From: Camelus dromedarius
Lineage: Eukaryota
NCBI RefSeq assembly: GCF_036321535.1
Contig: NC_087436.1
Location: 31,436,001 to 31,500,000, forward strand
Length of the DNA: 64,000 bases
Direction of reading: 5' to 3'
This document shows positions 52,530 to 64,000 of the stretch, piece by piece. The notes beneath the pieces are model-generated. The model saw only the letters and a program-made list of their open reading frames with translations. It made no database searches and was not told the origin of the DNA. Both the position numbers and the translations under genes were made by a program. Positions within the stretch are counted from its first letter, which is position 1. The number at the start of each line of letters is the position of its first letter.

Positions 52530-54075
52530 GACAAAACTATACTATAATAATGGAAATTTTCCCCAGTAATTACACAAATTCAATGCAATTATCAATGAAT
52601 TTCTTAAAGAACTGGGAAAATACTTAAAAGATCATGTAAAAGAACCAATATGCGACTGTTGCCAAGCTATTTGAGAGTGGGACAGTGAAACTGTACTTAC
52701 AAGACATTTATATTATGAAACTACACTAATTAGATTGGTATAATACTGGCATGGAAATAGCCAAATAGATAAATGAAACAGATCAGAAAATCCAAAACAA
52801 ATCCAAGCATATATAATAACTTAATATATGCTAAAAGAAGTATTTCAGTATGTGGGGAAAGAGGATGTTTGGACAATTGTATATACAAATGGAAGAAAAT
52901 AAAGGCAGATCTTCACTTCATATAAAAATAAATTTTACATAGGATAATAATCTAAACCTAAAAATAAAACAATTAAAAATTTTTCTAAATAGGAGATTAT
53001 CTATAAAACCTCAAAGTGGGAAAATTCTTAAGCAATAAAGGAGATAATTAATTTTTTAATGGTAAAACAAAAAAATCAGCTTGATATAAAACACCATAAA
53101 CAAAGTCAAGAAAAAAACTATATTCTAAAAGATAATATGTACAAAACTCATGACTAACAAATAGTTACATTCCTATGATACAAAATGCTTCTACTAATCA
53201 ATAAGCATAACAATAAATCTTGCCAGAGTGGGCAAAGAAAATACAAAGACAGTTTAAAGAAGAAGAAACGCAATTCACAAAGACACAAATGCTCAACCTG
53301 AAAATAACAAGAAAAATGCAAAGTAAAATGACCATATATAATTTTTCAACCATTATCACTGCAAACATTTAAGACTGATATTTCCAGAGCTAATGAGGAT
53401 GTGGAGCCCAGGCAATCTCATGAACTGATTGCTTGTATTGTTTGTTTTACGAGGGGGAAGTAATTAGCTGTATTCATTGATTTCTGCTTGGAGGAGGTAC
53501 TGGGGATTGAACCCGGGACCTCTTAGGTGCTGAGCTATACCCCTCCCCCTCATGAACTGATGATGTTTGAATTTCTTCTTTTTGGAAAGTATCTGACAGT
53601 TTCTGTTAAAATATTAAATGTGCATGGCCTTTGACTCTGTAATTTTACTTGTAGAAATTCATCGTATGGAAAACAAAATCACAAACATAGAAGGGTGTAT
53701 GTAGGAGAGTGTTTACTGCAGCTTTGTTGGTAACAATAAAGTAACTGGAGACAATCTGAATGGCTATCAATAAAGTAATTATTAAGTATATTAAGGTACG
53801 TCCACATGATAGATGATTCTGCGGTTATTAAAGAGGAGAGTTTTTATACTGACCTGAAAAATCTAACATATGTAATTAAGTGAAAAAAATGCAAGTTGTA
53901 GGGCAATATGTATAATATGATCTTATTATGATATAAAAACCTCTATAAATATGTATATTCACATATGTGTATATATATATATCCATGTGTATATGCACAC
54001 ACATATTAAAAATATGGAAGAATATCATTAAATTAATATTATTTTCTTTTTTCAGGAAGATAAGATTAGAGGAAA
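52530..54075 (+). mobile_element. Old L1 (L1ME-like) ORF2 3' part and 3' UTR with a nested SINE
   Basis: atactggcatggaaatagccaaatagataaatgaaacag...gtttactgcagctttgttggtaac...ctggagacaatctgaatg. Confidence 0.8.
53430..53548 (-). mobile_element. Vic-1-type SINE with an internal deletion
   Basis: ggaggtactggggattgaacccgggacctc...tgagctatacccctcccc; perfect 13-bp TSD CTCATGAACTGAT (53417-53429, 53549-53561). Confidence 0.92.
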
Positions 54076-54084
54076 AGAGGTATT

Positions 54085-54190
54085 ATGTCTATCTGAATCT
54101 TTTGTGTCCCCAGAATCTTGTACACTGTAGACATTCAAGAAATGTGGAGTGGATAGATGGATGGATGAACAAATAAACAACAGAATGAAC
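54085..54190 (+). mobile_element. L2 3' tail
   Basis: tgtgtccccagaatcttgtacactgtagacattcaagaaatgt...ggatggatgaac. Confidence 0.65.
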
Positions 54191-54214
54191 AACCTCAATG
54201 TGACCCATTTGTTT

Positions 54215-54760
54215 AAGTTAACTATGATTTAAAACAGCAACAATCTGTAATTTCTTAGGAATCTAGGGGCTGGCTGGACAGATTTTCTCCTAGTTTTGTC
54301 TGGGCTCATTCATTCATCTGTATTTAGCTACAAGATCAGCAGACAAAAGATCCAAGATAGTCCTATTCAGATGTCAGTGGGTTCTGGCTATCAAATTGGA
54401 TGCCCTGGTTCTCCATCCCATGGCCTCTCATCTTCTAATATGTTAGATAGGCTTCCTTACATGGCAGACTCCAGGCAGCATTCCCAGGGAGAGGATAAAA
54501 GCTGCAAGACTTCTTGAATCCTAAGGTTCGAAACTCACACAGCATTACTTCTGCCACATAAGTCAGTCAAATAAAGGCACAAGACCAACATATTCAAGGG
54601 ATGATGAAACGTACTCCACTTCTGGAAAAAAGAATTTGTTCTATAGGTACCTTCCGGTCACAATTATTTACATTCCCTGCACATGCAGAATTTATTCACC
54701 CCCTCTCAAGACTCCAAAAAGTCTCATCCAATCACAGCATCTCGAAATCCAATATCTAGA
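54215..54760 (-). mobile_element. MaLR LTR (MLT1H-like) with adjoining internal sequence
   Basis: catggcctctcatc...ggcttccttacatggcag...cattacttctgccacat; followed by MLT-int-like tttacattccctgcacatgcagaat...aaagtctcatccaatcacagcatc. Confidence 0.75.
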
Positions 54761-56094
54761 ATTTGTACCCATATTGAACTTACCACCTACCTATCCACCA
54801 TGAGACCAGCATCTTTTAAAATAAGCTATAAGAACTTTAGCCCTATTATCAACCAACCTCCAAGACTCCATCACCTTACTCTTCCTTTACACTTCTTCCC
54901 AGATTGACACTGACTCCTGACCTCTTGCTTTGCCTCCCACTTTTTCCCCCACATTTGTACCTCCTGTCAGCTGATATAATTTGTCTGGCATAACCCTAGG
55001 AATCTTCTCAGAAATGTATTATTCTCTCTGGTGCCATTCTGTTTCCATGACTCTTGGTAACTAACCCATCCCAACTTACCCCATGTAGCTGGCAGGGGAG
55101 GGTATCAGACATAATGGAGGGATTAAATTAATCTTTCAAAATATTTCTAAAGTTGCTTAGAAAATCAAAGCAGTTAAATTGTACTTATGACTTCAGTAAT
55201 GATTTGTAGTTTAACATTTCAGTGCTTCATTCACCTGTCTATAAAGTAGAATAAAAAATTTCCCTAGGGCTATAGCTTGCCTCTCACTTATTTACAATTT
55301 GTTACTGGGAAGATTTCCAAAGATATTGCTTTGTATTTTATTTTTCCATCCCACAGAAAAACTGTACAGTTTTAAAGTTATCATACATTTTAACTGGCAA
55401 GTTTAATTAGATAATCATCTTCTGAACTACACCTCAAAATAGTTCGATCAAGAAGAATTGCCTTTATTAAATTTGACAGAACTCACAGTTAACTTTCTAG
55501 AGAATGACTTCTATTTTAAAAATTGCTACTTGTGTTCCATTTTGCACTCTTATTATAACCTTAGACCTGATTCATTATGATTAAGAGAACAAAAATGGAT
55601 ATTCTTTTTCCTTTTCAAAGAGATTTCTGAAATGTTCATTTCGTATACCCAAAGCAAGCTGAATGAGGTAACCAAACCATTACAGTGATTCTTTTTGCTA
55701 AAAATAGAGTCAACGCAGATAAATAAATTTCGTTTCTCAGGTGTACTTCCTTAGTCTTGGTCTTCACAGTCCATGGGCTCTGTGTAGAAGTAAAGCACCT
55801 TGCAATGTAATTTATAATTGGAGTTATTTGTTTAGAAATAGCATTTGTTATTTTCTACACCTAATATAGCTTAAAATGTGTGACATCCCATGTCCCTGCC
55901 TATTTGCAATTTCACTTTGATATTTTCCACTAAAATAATCTTAAATTTTCATATTTGAATACTATCTTTAGGCATCGCTTAACCTCCATTCAGTATTCTT
56001 ATAGCTGTCTATGCAGACTAGCTACTAAGATATTCATATTTACTTTTCAAAAGATACATTTGAGCCACATTCCAAACATCTCACTAAGCCAAAT

Positions 56095-56330
56095 ATAATT
56101 GATTCACTTATTCAATAAACACTACCCACCAAGTTCAGGAGATACAGCAATGATAAGACAATGTCCCTCATTGAACTTACGTCCTAGTATGCAGAGAAAG
56201 TCAGTAAACAAATAGGCAAATAAATGTAGAAGTTACTGAATGGAGATTAGTGATCTGAGGAGACAATGAAACAGGATGCAGAGAGTGAGCACCAGGATGG
56301 GGAAGGGAGAGAGGAAGATACTTTATGTGT
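56095..56330 (-). mobile_element. L2 3' fragment
   Basis: ttcacttattcaataaacac...ggagatacagcaatgataagacaatgtccctcattgaacttacgtcctag. Confidence 0.65.
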
Positions 56331-59300
56331 AGCAGTAATGCCCACTAGATAGAGATGAGAATATCACGTCAGATGAGTTTATTTCAGCCCAGGTAACTGA
56401 CCTCCTGAATATATTTCTAACTCTGACCAAGCTCTCTCTTCCTCCCTCCAGGATCATGTGGCAGATCAGTGTCTCCTTTGTCTCACATGTTAGTGATCTC
56501 AGCACACCAATACTTAACAATCTTCTAGATTCTTTAACTTCCTCATACTTGCCTTAATTCCACTGGGTTTAATTATCATAAAACAACTGACACAAAAATT
56601 GTGTTTTTCTTTAGAGACCTATTTTTTAATGTATTCTATTCTGAAAAGCAGTCAAGTCAGGGTCTTTGAGTTTGTTAGGACCTCACTTGGATAAGAGATT
56701 CAAGTTCTTTGCAGAGCTCTTTACTACTATTTTTTTCTTTGAAGGTAGATCAGGTCTTTTGCCTTTTCCATTCAAAGCCAGAAAAGAAAACTGAAAGAAA
56801 TGCCAGAGACCAAAAAATAAACAAGAAAACCAAGAGAAAACTATACCCACCCTATGTAAGAATAATCTGAGTTGCCATCAAAATGAAATTTCTGGCAATA
56901 TTTACTTGACTTGGAGATGATTCAGTTATATGCAGGTTATCTTTTATGACCATACATTAATTCTTAGCCAAAATCCGTTACTTTAGACAATTTCCATCTT
57001 CTTCACAAAGTCCATCAGCATAGCTTTAGCTATTTAAGTTCCTATCTGTGTTTCTGAAATGGGGTCCTTTTCACACCACCATCTTAACTGTTTTTCAATT
57101 CAGTTCAGTTGCTGTTTTTCAGCAACTGCTTCCTGTGTATTTGCTTTGAACTTTGTAGAGATATGATCTCCTGATCTCCACTTTGTATCCACAGGGACTG
57201 AAAATCATAATTCTGTTTATCCTTATCACCTCCCTTGAGGAGCTATAGTTTCTTCATCTGATTTTTTTTATTTCTAATCCTAAATCTTGAGACTTTTGTG
57301 AATATGAATCAGTGTAAAACATTGTGCTTGCCCCAATACAAAAAACATAAGGATTGTACAAAATGATTGAATCACATTATTTACATATAAAAGATTCAGT
57401 TCGGATCTATGAGGGAGAAATAATCCTAAATGATAGCCATTCAGTTTATCTGAGCATATAGTGCTATAGGTAGGTATTGTTTCAAGGAGTGGAGAGGATT
57501 ATGTGAATTGCTCCAGAAAACGAGTAAAGCTTCTGGCTCCTGTGGGGTTATGCTTTGTCTACCAGCTTGCACTGTTTTCCACTGTGGTATGCCGGCAGAA
57601 AGAATACTTTGGAAGAAATGTTTACTCTGGGTTTTTGCTGGATCATAACCACAAAAGAGATCAACTAGAACAGAGAAAATTGAAAAGTTTAAGGATTAAA
57701 GAGTTCATTAATTTCAGGGAGAAAGAATATTATGAATACCTAAAAACTTTTCTTAATGGAAAATGGCTTTTGAGTTACAGAAGCATTAGAATGAAATTAC
57801 TATTCCCTCCTACTCTGCTTTCTCATTGTATGATAAAAATGATAGGTTTGTTGCACTGGCCAATTTCCATATTTTTGAGACATTTTTCTTATGGTCATTG
57901 TTATCAAAGTCCACTTATTGTTTAAACTGTCTATTGAGTATTTTTTTCTTCTCTCTCTCTCTCTGTGCAATATAGGATTTTTAAAAACTACACTACAATT
58001 TGAACTTTGTATATTCATTCCTATGTTACTGTTATTATAGAGACTATCTAGCCAAAAGGCAACATAGAAATATACTGGCCAAACTAGCAGAGAAGTATAA
58101 AAGATTAGCAGCTGCTGAGTAATAAATTAGTCGCTCAGTTCTATTTATTCAGATAAAAAGAAGAAAGCAAAAAGTGGAGAACCAGCAGATTAAATAGATA
58201 GGTATATATATGATATATATGACTAGAATACTTTTCCCATGTCATCAATAGTTTTTACTCTGCATAGACTGGTTTTAGTTGGAACTTGTTAAGATATGTA
58301 ATCTCCAAGAATGAATGACAAATAAAGATAGTGATTTTACTGACCCTCTAACTTAATAAAGAAGCCACTGTGCTCTGGTACAATTTATATCTTCAGAGAA
58401 TACTTTTTAAAAATTGAGTGAAAGGGTTGCTGATTTTCATTTGAGAAAATTTTATTATGTGAGTCTTTGCTTTCTTACCTTTAGTTTAATATTATATTAA
58501 AATGTAACACTGCAATAAATTCTCCATGCATCTCAGACTTCTCTAGAGTACCAGGAAGATCCATTCCTTGGTTGGCTTTTTGATGCTTTGAGACCAGTGA
58601 AAAAGAGATAATATTCACATCTTCACTTTTGTTTCTGGTAAACTAACTTGTTTTGATGAAACTCAAAGCATTTGCTGCTAAGGCACTTATGGAAACAGAG
58701 ACATTGTAAATTGTTAGGTTTTTAAATTTTTTACTTATTCCTTTATTTAGCATGCCTCAAATGTGCAAAGTACTGGTTATGTCATCATCATTTCAGCATG
58801 AGACACTCCCTTTGTCTTTCCCCTTCAATCTGCAGCTAGTAAAACATCCATAACTCAACAAAAGTTTTTCTGCCCACCTACTAGGATGCCACAGAGATCC
58901 ACACATCTGTATACCTGGCAGTGAGTGGACTGGAACACACAAAGGAGGTAGAACCAGGGGAACAGTAGAGGCATTACTCATGATCCCAGCCCCCTCTCTG
59001 AGGTGGCTGAACTCAAAGCCCGAGAGAACCCAGTAGCAGCAGCAAAGGTGGCACATGTGACTCTGACCTCTCAGCTACAGTAGTACTTATAGCCACAGGG
59101 AACTGGGCAGCAGGGGTCGCAGGACCCTCAGTCCCAGTCCCTCCAGCCATGGTAGTGCCTGCAGCTCCAGCCCTGCACTCACAGTAGTGGTGCCTGCAAA
59201 CCCGCAACCCTGGATGCAGTGGAGGCAAATCAAGGTCTTTGCTCCTCACCACCTCCCCATTCCCCCCACCATGGTGGTGATGCCAGCAACCATTATTGCA

Positions 59301-59666
59301 GGACCTCCAAAGCAGTGGAGGCACCACCAACCTGGTGCCCCTGGCATCAACACCAGTGACAGCAGCAACAACAACATCCCAGAAACCTGGAGGCACAAGC
59401 AGCAAGCAATGAGGAGGGCACTCACAACACCTCTAGCTGTGGTCATAAAGGGTGGAGAGTGCAGATTCTCAAATATAGTCAGAGGGAGATCAGGTAAGAG
59501 AAATAAAAAACTTGTATTATAGTGCCACCTACTGAAAAACAGAAGAAGGATCTCTAATTACCAATCTGTTGAATTTTTACAATCAAAGTAAACAAAAGTT
59601 TTATCCCAATAAGAAAGTTGTTCACTACTTCAAATGTGCTGGGAGAAGAACAATTCATCAAACACC

Positions 59667-60600
59667 ATGAAAAACCACAATAATACAGGACCACAAAAAG
59701 AAAATGACAATTCTCCAGAAACAAAACTTAAAGTCACAGAAGACTGTGATCTGATAGAGAATTCAAAATAGCTATCATGAAGAGACTCAGTGAGCTACAA
59801 GAAAACTCAAAATAGCAGTCCAATGAGCTCATGAATAAAATTAATGAACAGACGGAATACTGTGTCAAAGAGACTGGAACCTTAAAAAAGAACCAAACTG
59901 AAATTCTGGAACTGAAGAACTCAATATGTGAGATGAAGAATTCAATAGAAAGCACTGGAAATAAAGCAGACCATATGGAAGAGCGAACTTGCGAGCCTAA
60001 AGATAGAAATCTAGAAGTGATTCAGGTAGAAGAGAAGAAAGATGTAAGATTTCTTAAAAATGAAGAAAATCTATGAGAGCAATCTGACTCCATTAGAACA
60101 AGCAATATAAGGATAATGGGTGTCCCAGAAAAAGAAGAGAAGAAGGGAGCAGAGAGGTTATTTAAAGAAATAATAGCTGAGAACTTCCCAAACCTTGGAA
60201 AGAAACTGGATATACAGGTCCACAAAGCTAATAAAACACCTAATTATCTCAATGCAAAAAGACCTTATCCAAGACACATTACATTAAAACTATTAAAAGT
60301 CAGTGATAAAGAATTGTAAAGGCAGCCGGGGGAAAAAAAAGAAAACAAACCAGTAACCTACAAACCTTCATTGGGCTATCAGCAGATTTCTCAGGAGAAA
60401 TTCTACAAACCAGGAGGGAGTGGAATGACCTTCTCAAAAAATGTAAAGATAAAAATTGCCAGCCAAAAATAGACTATCCAGCAAAGTTATCCTTCAAATA
60501 TGAAAGAGAAATAAAATCTTCCTCAGACAAATAAAAGCTGAGGGAGTTCATCACTACTAGACCTCCCTAATAACAAACGTTGAAAGGAACTCCTCTATCG
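59667..60600 (+). pseudogene. ORF1: L1 ORF1p remnant (coiled coil, RRM, CTD)
   Basis: LKKNQTEILELKNSICEMKNSIES and GVPEKEEKKGAERLFKEIIAENFPNL...PRHI; interrupted by stops and frameshifts. Confidence 0.92.
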
Positions 60601-61061
60601 GAAACAAAAAGGCAAAATTACACAAAACTTTGAGTTAGGTGACCAATAGACAGACAGAATTAGAAAACTGTAACTCTATATCAGAATAGATTGTTAATTT
60701 CTTAATTTAGCATAAGGTTTAAAGGGAAAAATACTAAAAATAACTATAGCTACTTCAATTTGATATCAAACTTACAACATAGAAAAGATAATTTGTGACA
60801 AAACATTAAGGGGAAGAGAAAAAGGATAAAACCTGTATAGGCAAATGAAGACAAGACACGATCAGGAGAAAAAGGACTATTTTATCCATGAAATGTTTTA
60901 TGCAAATCTTATGGCAACCACAAAAAAAAAATTGAAAGCAGGGACATGAATCATAAAAAAGAGAAAACTGAGGAAAACATCATAGAAAATCACCAAACCA
61001 AAACGGCAGGCAGAAACACAGGGAAAAAGAAACAATGGAGATACAGAAAACGAAAGATAAC

Positions 61062-61615
61062 ATGTTATAACTAAGTCCTCATATATCAATAATCATCCTA
61101 AATGTAAAAGGACTAAATTCACCAATCAAAAGACACAGAGTGGTCTGATGAATTAAAAACAAGACCCAACTATATGCTGCCACCAGGAGACTCAGCTCTA
61201 AAGACAGAGACACAGGCTCAAAGTGAAGGAATGAAAGATAATATTCCAAGCAAATGGCAGCCAAAAGAAAGCTGGTGTAGCCATACTCATATCAGAAAAA
61301 ATAGACTTCAAGCCAAAAACAGTAACAAGAGACAAAGATGGATACTACATAACAATAAAGAGGACACTCCATCAGGAAGACATAACATTTATTAATATTA
61401 TGCACCAAATATAAGAGCATCAAACATATAATGCACCAAAATTTATATACATAAATATATATGTATATGAATATATATAAAATCTTAACAGACCGAAAGA
61501 AAGAAATTGACAGCAACACAATAATAGTAGGGGACTTTAACACCCCACATACATCAATAGGTAGATCATCCAGACAGAAATTCAACAAAGAAACATCAAC
61601 TTTAAATGAATGGAG

Positions 61616-61646
<31 letters not shown>

Positions 61647-61970
61647 TATATATATAAATATATAATCTACAGAATATTCCATCTAAATGCAGCAGAATAC
61701 CCATTTTCCTCAAGTGCACGTGGTCTGAAAGGCAGACCATAAGTTGGGACATAAAACAAGTTTCAGTAAATTTAGGAAAACTGAAATCATATCAAGCATT
61801 TTTTTCTGTCCACAACAGTGTGAAACTGGAAATCAACTACAAAAAGAAAGCTTGAAAAATCACAAATATGTGGAGACTAAACAACATGCTACTGAAAAAC
61901 TATTGGGTCAATAAAGAAATCAAAGGAGAAATAAAAAAATACTTGAAGACAAAAGAAAATGAACATACAA
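61062..61970 (+). pseudogene. ORF2: L1 ORF2p APE endonuclease remnant
   Basis: IIILNVKGLNSPIKRHR start and EIDSNTIIVGDFNTP motif; disrupted by microsatellite expansions. Confidence 0.92.
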
Positions 61971-62664
61971 CAAGTCAATATACAATGTATAAAAATTAAT
62001 TGCATGTCTGTACACTAACAATGAACTAATATAAAGAGAAATTAAGAAAAAAAACCCATTTACAATCACAACACTTATATGTAGAATATAAAAATAAATA
62101 AATAAACAAGCAAACAAAACAAAACAAAACAAACACTTAGATACAGATAACAGACTGGTGGTTTTCAGAGGGAAAGGGTGGTGGGGGAAGACCAAATGGG
62201 TAAAGGGGGTCCATGTATGGTGACAGATGGAAACTAGACTTTTGGAGTTGAGCATGCTATAGTGTATGCAGAAGTATAATTATAATGTTGTATAAATTAA
62301 ATTTATATAATGTTATAAATCAATGTTACCTCAATTTTTTTTTAATGTGCAAAATAGTACCTGAACACTAATGGGGGGGGGGGTGCTGGAGGGATGCCAT
62401 GGCTTGGAATTGCTCTGTTCCTCTTAGAGACCAAGTTTCAAGAAGAGAAAATGTAGACATGGTAGGTAATACATGCCTGGCACTCCTGCAGCTTTCTGTG
62501 CTGTGGACTACAATGATTCACAGGCACATCACAGCATCTGTCTACCTACGGTGTGGCTACTGTTTGCTAAGCATGTACCACTTATTCTGGAAGAAAGATA
62601 TATACACCATATCTGAACTATCAGAGAGTCTCAGGATGACATTAATTGTCAAAAATATAAAACA

Positions 62665-63230
62665 CAGATGACTGGATAAAGAAGTTGTGGTATATTTATA
62701 CAACGGAATACTAGTCAGCCATAAAAATGAATAAAATAATTCCATTTGTAGCAACATGGATGGACCTGGAGATCATAATTCCAAGTAAGTAAGACAGAAA
62801 GAGAAAGAAAAATACTATATGATATCACTCATATGTGGAATCTAAAAAAAAGAAAAAAAGATGACACCAAAGAACTCATCTACAAAACAGAAACAGACTC
62901 ACAGACAAAGTAAATAATCTTATGGTTACCAGTGGAAAGGGAGTGGAAAGGGATAAGTTTCAGAGTTTGAGATTTGTAAATGATAACTGCTTTATATAAA
63001 AACAGATTAAAAAAACAAATTTCTTCTGTATAGCACAGGGAACTTATATTCAATATCTGTAATAATCTTTAATGAAAAAGAATATGAAAATGAATATATG
63101 TATACATATGCATGACTGGGACATTATGCTGTGCACCAGAAACTAACACATTGGAACTGATTATACATCAATTTTAAAAAATATATATATATAAATGTGT
63201 GTGTATGTATGTATGTATGTATATATATAC
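62665..63230 (+). mobile_element. Younger 5'-truncated L1 3' end; tail converted to a (TA)/(TG)/(TATG) microsatellite
   Basis: gactggataaagaagttgtggtatatttatacaacggaatac...tgtatagcacagggaac...gctgtgcaccagaaactaacaca; TSD ATAAAACA at 62657-62664 and 63231-63238. Confidence 0.88.
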
Positions 63231-64000
63231 ATAAAACAGTTGTCTCACTCTGCTTATTCATATGTTTTCTCTTAGAACCTAGAGTCTTCCAGGGACAGAA
63301 ATTGTGAGACACTTCTTAGGATTACCGAATGTGTGGTCTTAAAAGGTGAATGCAAATTCCAAAAGTTTTAAATTTAAGGTCAAGGTGTGCCTAAACCACT
63401 TGGGAAACCTGGCTCAATCTGTATTATCATTATTCACCATACCACTTTATGCTTGGTCTGTCTTGAAGTTTTCTTCTGAAGTACAGGCAAAGTTTCTGTC
63501 ATTAGGGGGCTACTGTTGTGTGAAGTCAGCAAGTGCAATTCACTTCAAAATATGCATTAAAGGCATTATATTTCCATTCAGTAATTGCAGTAAGCTATAA
63601 AACCCTGGCCTAACAGGTTCAAGGAGAATACTGTAGTGGTATTTATAAGACCTACTTGCTATGACAGCCTTATGTAAACACGCTCTCAAGTAAATGTTCA
63701 TTTCATAGTGACTTCTGCTATCAATACTTCTGGTAACTTAGTTACCAGAAACTGTCAATACACCCTTCACTTCACATGTTCTTAAGTGACATGTTCCACT
63801 TCTCTAGCTTGTTATTTATTCGTTAGCTTCATTGATTTAAATTCCTTCTCTGCTTCTACTTATATGTCTAGAGGAGAATGATATTAGCACAGACTTTGTG
63901 ACAAAGCTGCAATGAACAGCTTAAAGTGATCACTACTGGATCTCTCTGTAAGGTTGAGGGAAAATGGAAGGATATAAGTACATCAAGATGTGTTTGCCAC

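Larger units (their letters stand above)
58775..62343 (+). mobile_element. L1 with 5' UTR, ORF1, endonuclease and 3' UTR but two large internal ORF2 deletions
   Basis: GC-rich 5' UTR, ORF1 and EN remnants, 3' end aatgttacctcaat; 15-bp TSD AATGTGCAAAGTACT (58760-58774) / AATGTGCAAAATAGT (62344-62358), 13/15 identical. Confidence 0.88.

Noticed and set aside
56331..56354. CTCF site with upstream motif (GCAGTAATGCCCACTAGATAGAG)
   Set aside because: Two mismatches in the key GGC of the core; at best a decayed site
57106..57128. Hairpin CAGTTGCTG-TTTTT-CAGCAACTG
   Set aside because: A 9-bp stem is within chance expectation for 64 kb; terminator logic does not apply in a mammal
57503..57925. 140-aa ORF
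   Set aside because: GTG start, no splice signals or recognisable homology, AT-rich non-coding composition
58793..59522. Multiple overlapping ORFs or a CpG-island-like promoter
   Set aside because: GC-rich, CpG-decayed L1 5' UTR; long ORFs are expected from GC content
1..64000. CRISPR arrays, operons or other prokaryotic systems
   Set aside because: Mammalian repeat landscape; no regularly spaced repeats and no dense coding sequence

Overview
AT-rich, CpG-poor mammalian non-coding DNA. The species is very probably a camelid (camel, alpaca or llama), because the window carries four tRNA-Ala(AGC)-derived SINEs of the Vic-1 type, each with target-site duplications (TSDs). I found no recognisable host protein-coding exon, tRNA, rRNA, miRNA or CpG island, so this is intergenic or deep-intronic sequence. 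The only protein-like ORFs are retroelement fossils: ERV-L pol (RT, RNase H, integrase, dUTPase) at about 14.7-16.7 kb on the minus strand, and L1 ORF1 plus ORF2 endonuclease at about 59.7-62 kb on the plus strand. A large part of the window is L1, L2, MIR, MaLR/MER21 LTRs, SINEs and microsatellites. These are interleaved with several repeat-free, TAAT- and motif-rich blocks that look like conserved cis-regulatory DNA (about 7.3-7.7, 21.5-23.9, 35.2-35.7, 41.3-41.7 and 46.7-48.1 kb). I cannot support a new biological system from the sequence alone. The best leads are: a TSD-bounded L1 with both ends but two large internal deletions; an LTR-less ERV-L fragment with an inverted terminal piece; a 52-bp perfect palindrome at an L1 junction; two short ancient local duplications; a ~200-codon single-stop frame inside a candidate conserved element; and three possible minus-strand cassette exons. 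Repeat subfamily names come from my recollection of consensus sequences, boundaries are approximate, and both need RepeatMasker/Dfam confirmation.
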